64,000 nucleotides of DNA from Alphaproteobacteria bacterium (GCA_965262615.1 OZ253545.1:544001-608000); one strand, 5' to 3'. Shown: positions 12,548 through 22,000, numbered from the stretch's first letter. Made by a program: numbers and translations. Notes: generated by a model from the sequence alone, not told the origin.

Positions 12548-13563
12548 GATGCCGAACTCACAAAGGCTTGCTTGACATGATGATTGAAATCATAATGCAC
12601 CAAATCAAGAGCCTCTTCCACCGCATGGGCAAATCCAAAGCCATCGGTGCCGCCATGACTTTTGACCGCCACGCCTTCCAATCCCAGCAACATCGCGCCG
12701 TTGTAGGTGCGCGGGTCAATGCGCATGAACATGTGTTTCAGCTCAGTTTTTGCCAAAGCAAAGCCCACCCGTGCAAAAATTGAACTGTGCGCTGCGCGTC
12801 TGAGAAATTCGGCAAAAAATTGGGCGAATCCTTCAATGGTTTTGAGGGTCACATTGCCCACAAAGCCATCGCAGATGATGACATCGGCTCCGCCTTTGGC
12901 AATATCATCCCCTTCGCAAAAGCCTCCAAAGGTGATGTTTTTTTGTTTGGCAAGCCGTTGCGCCGCTTCGCGAACGGCTTGATTGCCCTTGTCGGGCTCA
13001 CTGCCAATGCTGAGAAGTTTCACCAGAGGCTTTTGAATTCCCAAAACGACTCGGGCGAATATTTGTCCCAAAAGGGCAAATTGAACCAATTGATGAGGGG
13101 AGCAATCCACATTTGCGCCCAGATCTAACAGCAGGGTTTCACTCTTGAGATTAGGGATAAAGGTGGCAATGGCGGGTCTTTCAATGGATGGCAGCGGACG
13201 CAAAATCATTTTTGCCAATGCCATGAATGCACCCGTGTTTCCTGCGGACACGCAAGCATCCGCCTCGCCGTTTTTGACGCTCTCCAGTGCCGTGCGCATG
13301 CTGCTCTGGCGACTTTGGCGCAGAGCCACTCTGACATCATCCTCCGCACGGATGACATCATTGCAATGAATCACGCGACTTTGCTGTGCCAGCTGGGGGT
13401 AATGCTTGATCAGAGGTGACACCTTGCTTTTTTTGCCGTAGATGCGAAATTGGATATCAGGATAGCGTTGCACAATGCGATGTGCGCCCTCAATCACAAT
13501 AGCGGGAGCGCGATCACCGCCCATGGCATCAAGGCTGATAATGGCGTTTTTTTTATCAATCAT
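12544..13563 (-). CDS. plsX: Phosphate acyltransferase PlsX
   Basis: SLDAMGGD, SAGNTGA, LDLGAN, DGFVGNVTLK, KSHG. Start taken at the internal Met at 13563. Confidence 0.95.
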   Translation of the reverse strand: MIDKKNAIISLDAMGGDRAPAIVIEGAHRIVQRYPDIQFRIYGKKSKVSPLIKHYPQLAQQSRVIHCNDVIRAEDDVRVALRQSRQSSMRTALESVKNGEADACVSAGNTGAFMALAKMILRPLPSIERPAIATFIPNLKSETLLLDLGANVDCSPHQLVQFALLGQIFARVVLGIQKPLVKLLSIGSEPDKGNQAVREAAQRLAKQKNITFGGFCEGDDIAKGGADVIICDGFVGNVTLKTIEGFAQFFAEFLRRAAHSSIFARVGFALAKTELKHMFMRIDPRTYNGAMLLGLEGVAVKSHGGTDGFGFAHAVEEALDLVHYDFNHHVKQAFVSSAS

Positions 13564-13762
13564 GTGGCGGCGTCTGCGAGTCATCCTTCGCAACAACGAT
13601 GGCACTGCGTCCATGATAGAAACCGCATTCATTGCAGATATGGTGCGGCTGTTTGATCGCACCACACTCAGGACAAATCACGCCCAGCTGAGGGGTGAGG
13701 CGATCGTGGGCACGACGCATATTGCGCTTAGAAGGCGTTGTTTTGCGCTTGGGCACTGCCAT
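13556..13762 (-). CDS. rpmF: 50S ribosomal protein L32
   Basis: MAVPKRKTTPSKRNMRRAH, CPECG...HHICNECG. Confidence 0.95.
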   Translation of the reverse strand: MAVPKRKTTPSKRNMRRAHDRLTPQLGVICPECGAIKQPHHICNECGFYHGRSAIVVAKDDSQTPPHD

Positions 13763-13810
13763 GACTCGCCCACCTTACAATCAATCCGTGTTATTGACAA
13801 GAGAGACGCA

Positions 13811-15022
13811 TCACGAAAGCTTAAAAGCATCATGAAGAGCTCGCACAGCCGTGGTAAGAGCGGATTCTTTGATGAGAATGCTGATTTTAATCTCCGAGGT
13901 GGAGATGACCTCAATATTGATTTTGTGCATCGCCAAGGTTTGAAACATGAGCGCGGCAACACCCGCATGTTCACGCATGCCCACACCAACAATGGAGCAT
14001 TGTGCGAGTTCCTCATCACAGAGCAATTGGTCGTATCCCAGTGATTGTTTTTTGTCTTGCAGCAATTGGGTGGCATTTTTGACCTCTTTTTTGTCAATGG
14101 TGAAGGTGATGTCGGTTTTTTTCGTTCCTGCGGCGATGTTTTGCACGATCATATCAACGGAGATGCGTGCGGCAAGGAGGGTTTGAAACACATCGGCGGC
14201 GACACCGGGGCGGTCGTCAAGTTTGGTGAGGGTGATTTTTGCCACATCGGTGCGATGGGTCACGGCGGTGACTTCGGCTTTTTCTAGGATTTGCTCTTCG
14301 TCTTTAATCACCGTTCCATCCTCTTGGGTCAGACTGGAACGGATAACTAACGCCATTTTGCGTCCCATAGCAAGAGCCGATGCCCGTGCGTGTAGCACGC
14401 GCGAACCTGAGGATGCCATCTCCAGCATTTCTTCGTAGCTGATGGTGTCATGCTTGCGGGCGCGTGGAATGAGGCGGGGGTCGGCGCTATAGACTCCGTT
14501 GACATCGGTATAGATTTCGCACGAATCGGCTTTGAGGGCGATGGCAAGGGCGACCGCAGTGGTGTCAGAGCCGCCTCGTCCCAGTGTGGTGATGCGATTG
14601 TCTTGGGTGACACCTTGAAATCCCGCCACCACCGCAACGCCGTCTTCTCGCCACACAGACTCAATAGCCCCCGTTTGCACATCAACAACGCGCGCCGAGC
14701 CATGATGGAAATCCGTCACGATGGGCAATTGCCAACCGCAAAAGCCGCGCGCAGGAACATTCAATGTTCGCAGTGCCGCCACCAACAGAGCCACACTCAC
14801 CTGTTCGCCACTTGCCAGAAGCATATCATGACTCTCATCGCGCGCATCTGAGATGGCGTGATACAGCGATGCCAAGCGGCTGGTCTCATCTCCCATTGCC
14901 GATACCACCACCGCCAGACGCGACCCTTGGCTGTGGTAATCTTTGATGCGCTGTGCCACATTGCCAATGCGCGTCTCGTCTTGCAGCGATGTGCCGCCAA
15001 ATTTTTGGACGATTTTCATCAT
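13811..15022 (-). CDS. lysC: Aspartate kinase
   Basis: KFGGTS, VVSAMG, TLGRGGSDTTA, TDVNGVYSADP, C-terminal ACT domains (ISTSEIKIS). Confidence 0.95.
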   Translation of the reverse strand: MMKIVQKFGGTSLQDETRIGNVAQRIKDYHSQGSRLAVVVSAMGDETSRLASLYHAISDARDESHDMLLASGEQVSVALLVAALRTLNVPARGFCGWQLPIVTDFHHGSARVVDVQTGAIESVWREDGVAVVAGFQGVTQDNRITTLGRGGSDTTAVALAIALKADSCEIYTDVNGVYSADPRLIPRARKHDTISYEEMLEMASSGSRVLHARASALAMGRKMALVIRSSLTQEDGTVIKDEEQILEKAEVTAVTHRTDVAKITLTKLDDRPGVAADVFQTLLAARISVDMIVQNIAAGTKKTDITFTIDKKEVKNATQLLQDKKQSLGYDQLLCDEELAQCSIVGVGMREHAGVAALMFQTLAMHKINIEVISTSEIKISILIKESALTTAVRALHDAFKLS

Positions 15023-15049
15023 GACAGCTCTATACCTATCTTAACCATT

Positions 15050-15730
15050 ATGAACAAGACAAGTCATCCCCTTGATGAATGGCACATGCTGCGTGAGATG
15101 AATGAGACGCGCCTGACATTCATCAAAGAGCAGTTGCGGACCCAAGAGAGTGAGAAACCGTTGGCGGGTAAGCAAGTTTTGGATGTGGGGTGTGGCATTG
15201 GTATTCTCACTGAGCCTTTGGCGCGCTGGGGCGGCACGGTGGTGGGCATTGATGCCGATGGCGACCGCATCAAAACCGCTCAAAACAATGCCGAGACCAT
15301 GAATCTCACCATATCCTATGAGCATCAATCCCTTGCTCGCCACGCACAAGACAAGCCGCAAAAATATGACCTCATCACCGCACTGGAAGTGGTGGAGCAT
15401 GTGGACAATGTGGGCGAATTTTTGACGCAATTGCACGGCTTGTTACGAGACGATGGATTGGTCATCATCTCTACCATCAATCGCACGCTGCTTTCCTACG
15501 GGGTGGCGATTGTGGGGGCGGAATATATCAGTGGCATTATTCCTCGTGGCACTCATCAATGGCATCGGTTCATCACCCCGCGAGAATTGGATGATGGTCT
15601 GCGCGTTGCTGGATTCATCCGCACGGCGCGATGCGGGATGATGTTTCATCCATTGCGGCGGCGATTTGAACCGCATCGGTCTCGTCTGGAAATCAATTAC
15701 ATTGTGGCGGCAGCAAAATCTCGCCGATGA
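15050..15730 (+). CDS. ubiG: Ubiquinone biosynthesis O-methyltransferase
   Basis: LDVGCGIGILTEPLAR, LEVVEHV, STINRT, AEYI...PRGTHQW..FITP. Divergent from lysC, as in other Alphaproteobacteria. Confidence 0.88.
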   Translation: MNKTSHPLDEWHMLREMNETRLTFIKEQLRTQESEKPLAGKQVLDVGCGIGILTEPLARWGGTVVGIDADGDRIKTAQNNAETMNLTISYEHQSLARHAQDKPQKYDLITALEVVEHVDNVGEFLTQLHGLLRDDGLVIISTINRTLLSYGVAIVGAEYISGIIPRGTHQWHRFITPRELDDGLRVAGFIRTARCGMMFHPLRRRFEPHRSRLEINYIVAAAKSRR

Positions 15731-16082
15731 TTCAGCACCGGCACGCGCGCCAAAGCCTCTTATTGATGGATTGGTCATCATTTCCACCATCAATCGCACG
15801 CTGCTTTCCTACGGGGTGGCGATTGTGGGAGCGGAATATATCAGTGGCATTATTCCTCGTGGCACTCATCAATGGCATCGGTTCATCACCCCGCGAGAAT
15901 TGGATGATGGTTTGCGTGCGGCTGGTCTCGTACGGACGGCACGGTGTGGGATGGTGTTATTCCTCGTGGCACTCATCAATGGCATCGGTTCATCACGCCG
16001 CAGGAATTGGATGATGTTTCATCTATTGCGGCAGCAAAATCCCGCCGATGATTCAGCACCGGCACGCGCGCCAAAGCCTCTT
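15452..16082. repeat. Diverged tandem duplication (~313-bp unit) of the ubiG/nitrilase convergent junction, with an internal sub-duplication
   Basis: GATGGATTGGTCATCAT... starts at 15452 and 15765. TTATTCCTCGTGGCACTCATCAATGGCATCGGTTCATCAC occurs three times (~15537, ~15850, ~15957). GATGATTCAGCACCGGCACGCGCGCCAAAGCCTCTT occurs twice. Confidence 0.95.
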
Positions 16083-16854
16083 GTTGTTTGTGGGGGTCAA
16101 TGGAGGCGGTGATGACTCCCACATCCTCTCCTGCCGAGCTGCAACAGTCTCCCCACGGGTCAATAATCATGGAATGTCCCCAGGTGGTGCGTCCGCCGTC
16201 ATGGGTGCCGCATTGGGCACTGGCAAGAATGTAACAGGCATTTTCAATGGCACGAGCTTTGAGAAGACAGTGCCAGTGAGCCTCGCCAGTGGGGCGCGTG
16301 AAGGCGGCAGGAACGGTGATCATCAACACGCCACATGCCGATAATGATTGAAACAACGCAGGAAAACGCACATCATAACAAATGGTCAAACCGATGCCGT
16401 GTCCCTGATGAGATGCCACCACCGCTCGGCGACCCGCCTCATAAAAATCCGATTCGGCGTGGTGTTCGCTGGCACTGACGCAGGCATCAAAGAGGTGAAT
16501 TTTGTCATAGTGGTGGGTGATGCCCTTGTCATTAATCACATAACAGCGATTGGTGGGTTTTTTTGCCCCCTTTGTCCTCACAATCAATGAGCCGATGACG
16601 AGCGTCACTTGATGCTCGGCGGCGAGCTGCGTCAAGCGTCCAAGCGCGGGATGATTGTCTTCATCATGAATGAGGCTCGCGCGCCGCGCGGCACTGTTTT
16701 TGCCATAGACGATGCCACTGGTGTTTTCAGGGGTGACAATCAATGTCGCGCCTTGTGCAATGGCTTGGCGAATGAGTTCAATGGCTTGGTCAATGCTCTC
16801 ATTCAATACGGGCGGCGCATTCATCTGCACACAGGCGGCGATAAAGGCACTCAT
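15976..16854 (-). CDS. Carbon-nitrogen hydrolase (Nit1/deaminated glutathione amidase family)
   Basis: TPEN, YDKIHLFD, ICYDVRFP, ARAIEN, GHSMIIDPWG. Confidence 0.92.
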   Translation of the reverse strand: MSAFIAACVQMNAPPVLNESIDQAIELIRQAIAQGATLIVTPENTSGIVYGKNSAARRASLIHDEDNHPALGRLTQLAAEHQVTLVIGSLIVRTKGAKKPTNRCYVINDKGITHHYDKIHLFDACVSASEHHAESDFYEAGRRAVVASHQGHGIGLTICYDVRFPALFQSLSACGVLMITVPAAFTRPTGEAHWHCLLKARAIENACYILASAQCGTHDGGRTTWGHSMIIDPWGDCCSSAGEDVGVITASIDPHKQQEALARVPVLNHRRDFAAAIDETSSNSCGVMNRCH

Positions 16855-17126
16855 GAGACTGCCGATGTTCCCAGACGCTGTGCCAGAGAGCCATCATGGT
16901 GCATGGCGTCCAGCTCATCATAGCCGCCGATGGGTTCTTGATTGATAAAAATTTGCGGCACGGTGGTGGCATGAGGCACGCGCTCATGCATGGCTTTTTT
17001 GTGTTGGTGTGACTCAATGACATTTAACTTGTCGTAAGGCACATCATAGCTGTCCAGCAACGCCAATGCTCGCACACAATAGCTGCACAGAGGCGAATAA
17101 TAAATTTCAATGTGAGGAGAATTCAT
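16851..17126 (-). CDS. grxC: Glutaredoxin 3
   Basis: CSYC, TVPQIFI, GGYDEL. Confidence 0.88.
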   Translation of the reverse strand: MNSPHIEIYYSPLCSYCVRALALLDSYDVPYDKLNVIESHQHKKAMHERVPHATTVPQIFINQEPIGGYDELDAMHHDGSLAQRLGTSAVS

Positions 17127-17878
17127 TGGTGCGGCACGATGGCAAGGGTGAGGGCAAAGATGGTGGCATCGGGCGCGGCTTTGCGGAGCACTCCACAGGC
17201 AGCTCGCATGGTTGCGCCACTGGTGAGGACATCATCCACCACCAGCAACGGACGCTCATGAAGAAGATGGCGGCGTTTATTGTTGACCACAAACGCCCGA
17301 CTGACATTGGCAATGCGTTCCGTCAGCGACAGCCGACTTTGCCGCAATGTCGCAGTGCTTCGTTTGAGCATATCGGCACAAAAGGGAAGATGGCTCATCG
17401 CCGCCAAGTGACGACCCAATTCGGCTGCCTGATTATAGCGGCGACTCACAAGCCGCCGCCAATGCAATGGCATGGGAATAATCAAAGGCTTGGCATCCAG
17501 AATGTCGTAGGCGGCGTGCATCATCCAACGGGCGAACAGGGATGCGTTTTCTATATGGTCTCCATACTTAAAACGCAAGACTAAAGTGCGTCCCACATCC
17601 TTGAAAATGAGTGCGCTGCGCGCCTTGTTCCACGGCGGCGGATTTTCAAAACATGCCGCACATTGCAATGAATTCTCTGTCGCCGCCAACAAAGGCATAC
17701 CGCAGCAATCACAATAGGGACGAGACACAAAATGCAATTGCCGCCAGCAGTGCGGATGCAAAACCGAATCCAACGCCAAGGGCTCAAAACAAGCAGGACA
17801 CAAGGAGGGCAAAAGCAGCTCAAACAGACGGGAAGCAGAAGGCATGATGGCATCGTGAGCGGGTTTCGTGTTATTCAT
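17123..17878 (-). CDS. comF: ComF family amidophosphoribosyltransferase-like protein
   Basis: N-terminal double zinc ribbon, RRYNQA, VVDDVLTSGAT. Confidence 0.88.
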   Translation of the reverse strand: MNNTKPAHDAIMPSASRLFELLLPSLCPACFEPLALDSVLHPHCWRQLHFVSRPYCDCCGMPLLAATENSLQCAACFENPPPWNKARSALIFKDVGRTLVLRFKYGDHIENASLFARWMMHAAYDILDAKPLIIPMPLHWRRLVSRRYNQAAELGRHLAAMSHLPFCADMLKRSTATLRQSRLSLTERIANVSRAFVVNNKRRHLLHERPLLVVDDVLTSGATMRAACGVLRKAAPDATIFALTLAIVPHQ

Positions 17879-17883
17879 CTTTT

Positions 17884-18669
17884 ATGACATCTGCCGTTTT
17901 TCATCAAGAACGCCGTGGGCGATTGCGTCTGCGTCATGGAGAATGCTGGCTGGATTACAATGAACCCAAACGGCAGCTGGCGGCTCATCTGGCAGCCATT
18001 GTCAGGGAGAGTCACACCTCGTTTGAACGCCTGCTGGATTTAGGCTGTCATCATGGCGAAATGACGGAGGCTTTGCGCGCGGCGGGCATCACGCTGAATG
18101 ATGTGATTTTTATGGATGGCTGTCTGCTGAAGCCTCATGGACGCGAGGTTGTCTGTGATGACCATGTCATTCCACTGGTGCATGATTGTTGTGATGGGGT
18201 GATGAGCGTTTTGCATCTGCACAGTGTCTCTGCCATCGGCAGTGTGTTGCGAGAGATTGCGCGCGTTTTGTGCTCGGGGGGATTGTTTATGGGCACGGTG
18301 TTTGGCGACCATCACCTGCGAGAGTGGCGATTGGCTTTGTTGGAGGCGGAGGCTGAACTGACGGGCGGCGCGCATGGGCGAGTCATGCCGTTTATTTCTT
18401 TGCAAGATGGTGGATTGTTGGTGCAGCAGGCGGGTTTGTGTCATGGCACGGCGGAGTTTGAGCGCATGACGCTGTATGAGCCAAGCGTGGCACTGTTTAT
18501 AAAGTGCATGAGAGCAATGGGCGAGAGTTCGTGTCTGCGCGACACCCCTCCTGCTTTGCGGCGGTCGGTGTGGCAACGGGCTGTGGCGTTGTATGACGAA
18601 CGCTATCGCACCCCTCACGGGGTGGCGGTGAACATTGAGGTCATCACCTTGCGCGGGTTTGGCAGATAA
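17884..18669 (+). CDS. SAM-dependent methyltransferase (BioC/NDUFAF5-like)
   Basis: LLDLGCHHG, LHLHSV, L.E.R.ALLEAE.ELTGG...RV.PF, RAMGES. Divergent from comF, a usual arrangement. Confidence 0.8.
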   Translation: MTSAVFHQERRGRLRLRHGECWLDYNEPKRQLAAHLAAIVRESHTSFERLLDLGCHHGEMTEALRAAGITLNDVIFMDGCLLKPHGREVVCDDHVIPLVHDCCDGVMSVLHLHSVSAIGSVLREIARVLCSGGLFMGTVFGDHHLREWRLALLEAEAELTGGAHGRVMPFISLQDGGLLVQQAGLCHGTAEFERMTLYEPSVALFIKCMRAMGESSCLRDTPPALRRSVWQRAVALYDERYRTPHGVAVNIEVITLRGFGR

Positions 18670-18672
18670 AAG

Positions 18673-18750
18673 CTTGACAAGAGCTCAAAGCAACATATCT
18701 AGGTGCAGTGGAATACTCAATTGGATACCCAATTGGACACTCAATTGGAG
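18673..18750 (+). promoter_or_regulatory. Putative promoter plus three tandem 12-bp repeats ending at the RBS of the holin-like gene
   Basis: CTTGAC at 18673, then ATACTCAATTGG ATACCCAATTGG ACACTCAATTGG (18713-18748). Each unit contains the palindrome CAATTG; the last runs into the SD GGAG. Confidence 0.6.
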
Positions 18751-18758
18751 ACTAAAGA

Positions 18759-19154
18759 ATGATATGGTCAGCCATAGGAGCGAGCATTGAGGGGATGATC
18801 ACCGCGACCGATCATCTCTTGACCTCAAGTGAAAATAAAGCGGCTATCCAAAAAGCTCTCAATGAGGGCAATGCTGAAATCATGACGGCTCTTTCGCAGG
18901 AGCGCAGGGACTCCATCGCTTTTGCTCTTGAAACGGCAAAGAGTGTGAATCCGTTTGTTGCGGGGGCTCGTCCTGTGATGATGTGGTGCGTGACGCTTTT
19001 GTTCTCGGCGTTTTGCACGGTGGCGTTGCTCAGTTCCATTGGTGTGATTGCCATCACCAATCAGACACTGTTTGGGAGCATGTTTGAAACCATCAGCGTT
19101 CTTGCGTTCGGTCTTTATGGTGTGCGAGCCATAGAGAGACGAAAAAAATCCTGA
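18759..19154 (+). CDS. 3-TM holin-like protein (GTA/phage holin family)
   Basis: D.L.TS.E.K N-terminus, FVAGARPVMMW, hydrophobic segments and C-terminal GLYGVRAIERRKK resemble the 'holin of 3TMs' family. Confidence 0.65.
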   Translation: MIWSAIGASIEGMITATDHLLTSSENKAAIQKALNEGNAEIMTALSQERRDSIAFALETAKSVNPFVAGARPVMMWCVTLLFSAFCTVALLSSIGVIAITNQTLFGSMFETISVLAFGLYGVRAIERRKKS

Positions 19155-19164
19155 AGTGGGCGAG

Positions 19165-19235
19165 CTGGGGCGGCAGGATTCGAACCTGCGATCACGGGAT
19201 CAAAACCCGCTGCCTTACCGCTTGGCTACGCCCCA
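19165..19235 (-). tRNA. tRNA-Gln(TTG), CCA not encoded
   Basis: Reverse complement TGGGGCGTAGCCAAGCGGTAAGGCAGCGGGTTTTGATCCCGTGATCGCAGGTTCGAATCCTGCCGCCCCAG has a U1:A72 pair and anticodon TTG. Confidence 0.93.
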
Positions 19236-19262
19236 CTGATTCTCACAGATTTCTATGGGAGC

Positions 19263-19865
19263 TCAAAAGATGTTTTGCGCCGCCACCATGGCATACAGCA
19301 TGGGAATGGAGAGTGCCGTGTTGGTGCGTGAGGCAACCATCGCAAGGGTGGCGGCCTGTTTTTTTTCACCATCGGATGCTTTCACCAATCCCAAAGCCTT
19401 TTTCTGATTGGGCCAAATCACCAGCCACACATTGAGAAACATAATGATGCCCAGCCACATGCCGATGCCAATATTGACATAGCGCGCCACGACAAATTCA
19501 CTGCCAATCTCAAGGGTGAGGGCACTCAAGAGATAGCCATTGAGGTGAGCCAGCAGCAAGCCTGTCAGCACGGTCGCCGCCGCCGCCCAGCGAAACCAAA
19601 ACAACGCCGCAGGAGCAATCACCTGAGTGATGGCAGGCTTTTGGTCATTCTTGATGCGTCCCATATTGGGAATTTGCACAAAATTGAAATACCACAAAAG
19701 ACCAATCCACATGATGCCAGACAAAACATGCAACCAGCGCATGAAGAATGCCATCCACGTATAGTCAAAAGCAAAGCCCTGATACAGCATCAGCAGCAAT
19801 AAAAGCGTCACGCCCACAAGAAGCGCATTGCGAAGGGAAGAAAGAAGCGAAGCGATAAAAGTCAT
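19263..19865 (-). CDS. Urate hydroxylase PuuD N-terminal-like membrane protein
   Basis: RWLHVLSGIMWIGLLWYFNFVQ, ALFWFRWAA, NVWLVIWPNQKK, SRTNT.LSIPM. Confidence 0.78.
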   Translation of the reverse strand: MTFIASLLSSLRNALLVGVTLLLLLMLYQGFAFDYTWMAFFMRWLHVLSGIMWIGLLWYFNFVQIPNMGRIKNDQKPAITQVIAPAALFWFRWAAAATVLTGLLLAHLNGYLLSALTLEIGSEFVVARYVNIGIGMWLGIIMFLNVWLVIWPNQKKALGLVKASDGEKKQAATLAMVASRTNTALSIPMLYAMVAAQNIF

Positions 19866-19927
19866 GAGACCCTCCATTGATGAGGCGATAGAGCTTCCAC
19901 TATACAAAAAAAGCGTTTCTTGTGCAA

Positions 19928-20365
19928 TCATTCATTGGGCACAACGGTGATGGTGAGCACTTCGGACACCATGCCCTGAATGGGATAGTGATCGCGATCC
20001 CCCATCACCAGCCGCAATTTGTAGATGCCGGGGACAAGGTGAATCAGGGCTTCGGTTTGTCCGTTGCCATAGTGGCGATGATAGTCATCCTCAACGATGG
20101 GCTCTCCCAGTGGTGGCGGGTCGGCATTGATGAGCAGATGATGATGACCAGTGCGAGCGTTCCCCGGAGTGGAGACACCAGCAGGCGCAACGCCCCAATT
20201 GGCAAGACCAAAACGCACAATAAACGGACTTTTCACACGAGCATTCTCAAGAGGCGAGATGAAATAAACGCGCGGCGCGGTCACATCCACCATCACCCCA
20301 TGAGACGGCACTGCCGCCATCAACAGACACAAAGCCAGCAGGGCGAGAGACAATTGTTTCCTCAT
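19928..20365 (-). CDS. DUF4399-like exported protein
   Basis: Signal peptide, VYFISP, VRFGL, GVAPAG, TGHHHLLIN, HYGNGQTE. Confidence 0.8.
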   Translation of the reverse strand: MRKQLSLALLALCLLMAAVPSHGVMVDVTAPRVYFISPLENARVKSPFIVRFGLANWGVAPAGVSTPGNARTGHHHLLINADPPPLGEPIVEDDYHRHYGNGQTEALIHLVPGIYKLRLVMGDRDHYPIQGMVSEVLTITVVPNE

Positions 20366-20426
20366 GAAAGGGTTATAGAGGTTCAATTGTCTTGAGGCAA
20401 GGGTATTGGTGTGCTATCGCCATGAC

Positions 20427-21368
20427 ATGAAAAAAGAACAGGTGGATTTGTGTGTCATTGGTTCGGGTCCTGCGGGCTACAGTGCGGCGATTTATGGCGC
20501 GCGCGCAGGGCTCACAACGGTGGTGGCAACGGGGATGAGTCAGGGCGGGCAGCTCACCATCACCACCGATGTGGATAATTATCCGGGGTTTGCCGACACC
20601 ATTCAGGGGCCATGGCTGATGGAACAGATGGTGCAGCAAGTGACACGCATGGGGGTGCGGGTGCATCATGAGACCATTGTGGAGGTTGGGCTGCGATCTC
20701 GTCCTTTTGTTGTGCGGGGTGATGGCGGGCATTGTTATGAGGCTCGGGCGGTGATTATTGCCACGGGCGCACTGGCGCGCTGGTTGGGATTGCCTTCAGA
20801 AGAGATGTTTCAGGGATTTGGCGTGTCGGCGTGTGCCACCTGTGATGGATTTTTGTTCAAGGGAGAAGAACTGGCGGTGGTGGGCGGCGGCAACACCGCG
20901 GTGGAGGAGGCTTTGTATCTCACGAACCATGCCAGTAAGGTGACGCTCATTCATCGGCGCGATGCATTGCGCGCCGATCACACGCTCACGCAGCGATTGA
21001 TGAACCATCCCGCCATTGAGATTTTATGGAATCATGAGGTGGCGGAAGTGCTGGGAGAGACCGAACCCCACAAGAAAGTCACGGGATTGCGTTTGCAAAA
21101 CTGCCTTGACGGCTCTGAAAAGGAACTTGGCGTGGCGGGGCTTTTTGTCGCCATCGGACACGACCCCGCCACCGATTTATTCAAGGGGCAGATTGAACTG
21201 GATGATGACGGTATTATTCGTGTGGCACGCGGTGGCACCGCCACCAGTGTCGGAGGCGTTTTTGCGGCGGGGGATGTGTGTGACCGTCACTATCGTCAGG
21301 CAATCACGGCGGCAGGCATGGGATGCATGGCAGCACTAGACGCCTATCATTTTCTCAGCAGAGCGTGA
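20427..21368 (+). CDS. trxB: Thioredoxin reductase
   Basis: IGSGPAGYSAA, GGQLTITT, SACATCDG, VGGGNTAVEEA, FAAGDV. Confidence 0.96.
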   Translation: MKKEQVDLCVIGSGPAGYSAAIYGARAGLTTVVATGMSQGGQLTITTDVDNYPGFADTIQGPWLMEQMVQQVTRMGVRVHHETIVEVGLRSRPFVVRGDGGHCYEARAVIIATGALARWLGLPSEEMFQGFGVSACATCDGFLFKGEELAVVGGGNTAVEEALYLTNHASKVTLIHRRDALRADHTLTQRLMNHPAIEILWNHEVAEVLGETEPHKKVTGLRLQNCLDGSEKELGVAGLFVAIGHDPATDLFKGQIELDDDGIIRVARGGTATSVGGVFAAGDVCDRHYRQAITAAGMGCMAALDAYHFLSRA

Positions 21369-22000
21369 GATACTTGTTTTTTGAGCAATTCTTCTAACAA
21401 TTGCTCCAGAGGAATGATATTTCCGTCATCGGCTTCTTTTAGTGCTTGCACATATTCGTGCCGAAAATCGCTCTGTAAGAGATTGCCAACGGAATAGCCA
21501 TCTCTTACTGGAAAGTTAGCCCCCGCTTTCATGCTCATCAAAAAATAAGAAAGTGATCTTGCTGTTCTGCCATTGCCGTTCACAAATGGATGAATCCAAT
21601 TGAGCCGCCACAAAGCAAAACTAGCGATTTGGATATGGTCATGAGAATGCCATTTTTTGTTCAACTCCTCTACAAATTTTTCCATAAAAAAGGGGACTTC
21701 ATCGGCTTCAGGTGGAGTATAATTTTCAACCCATACTTGTGTTGTCCTATAATCGCCCGCATTGGGGATGAGAATATTCATGCAAAGTGCATGCAAATAG
21801 CAAACAGTAATTTCATTGATGAATAGTTGTGGTTCTTGCCACGCTTGCCGAGAGACCACCATATCAATCCAGTCGGAGACTCGTGCTAAGTTACCAAGGC
21901 GGATTAAGTGTTGATAAGGTTCTTGTTCGTCCGCGTTTGTCCGTCTGCGAATTGCCTGTTTTGGCAGTAAGTCCTCTTGATGTTCTTTCTTTTTATTCAT
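21347..22000 (-). CDS. Fic-domain protein (putative toxin)
   Basis: HPFVNGNGRTAR Fic signature, AGDYR..V...YTPP. AT-rich. Start taken at MNKKKEH (22000). Confidence 0.88.
   Translation of the reverse strand: MNKKKEHQEDLLPKQAIRRRTNADEQEPYQHLIRLGNLARVSDWIDMVVSRQAWQEPQLFINEITVCYLHALCMNILIPNAGDYRTTQVWVENYTPPEADEVPFFMEKFVEELNKKWHSHDHIQIASFALWRLNWIHPFVNGNGRTARSLSYFLMSMKAGANFPVRDGYSVGNLLQSDFRHEYVQALKEADDGNIIPLEQLLEELLKKQVSHALLRK

Noticed and set aside
15452-16082. Repeat pair as a diversity-generating retroelement TR/VR
   Set aside because: The mismatches are not adenine-specific and are mostly synonymous, and no reverse transcriptase is present in the window.
15666-16112. 148-aa ORF as a second ubiG-like gene
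   Set aside because: It is a by-product of the duplication: only a C-terminal UbiG fragment with no SAM-binding motif.
18713-18748. CRISPR array or plasmid iterons
   Set aside because: The 12-bp units are directly adjacent with no spacers, and no rep gene is present.
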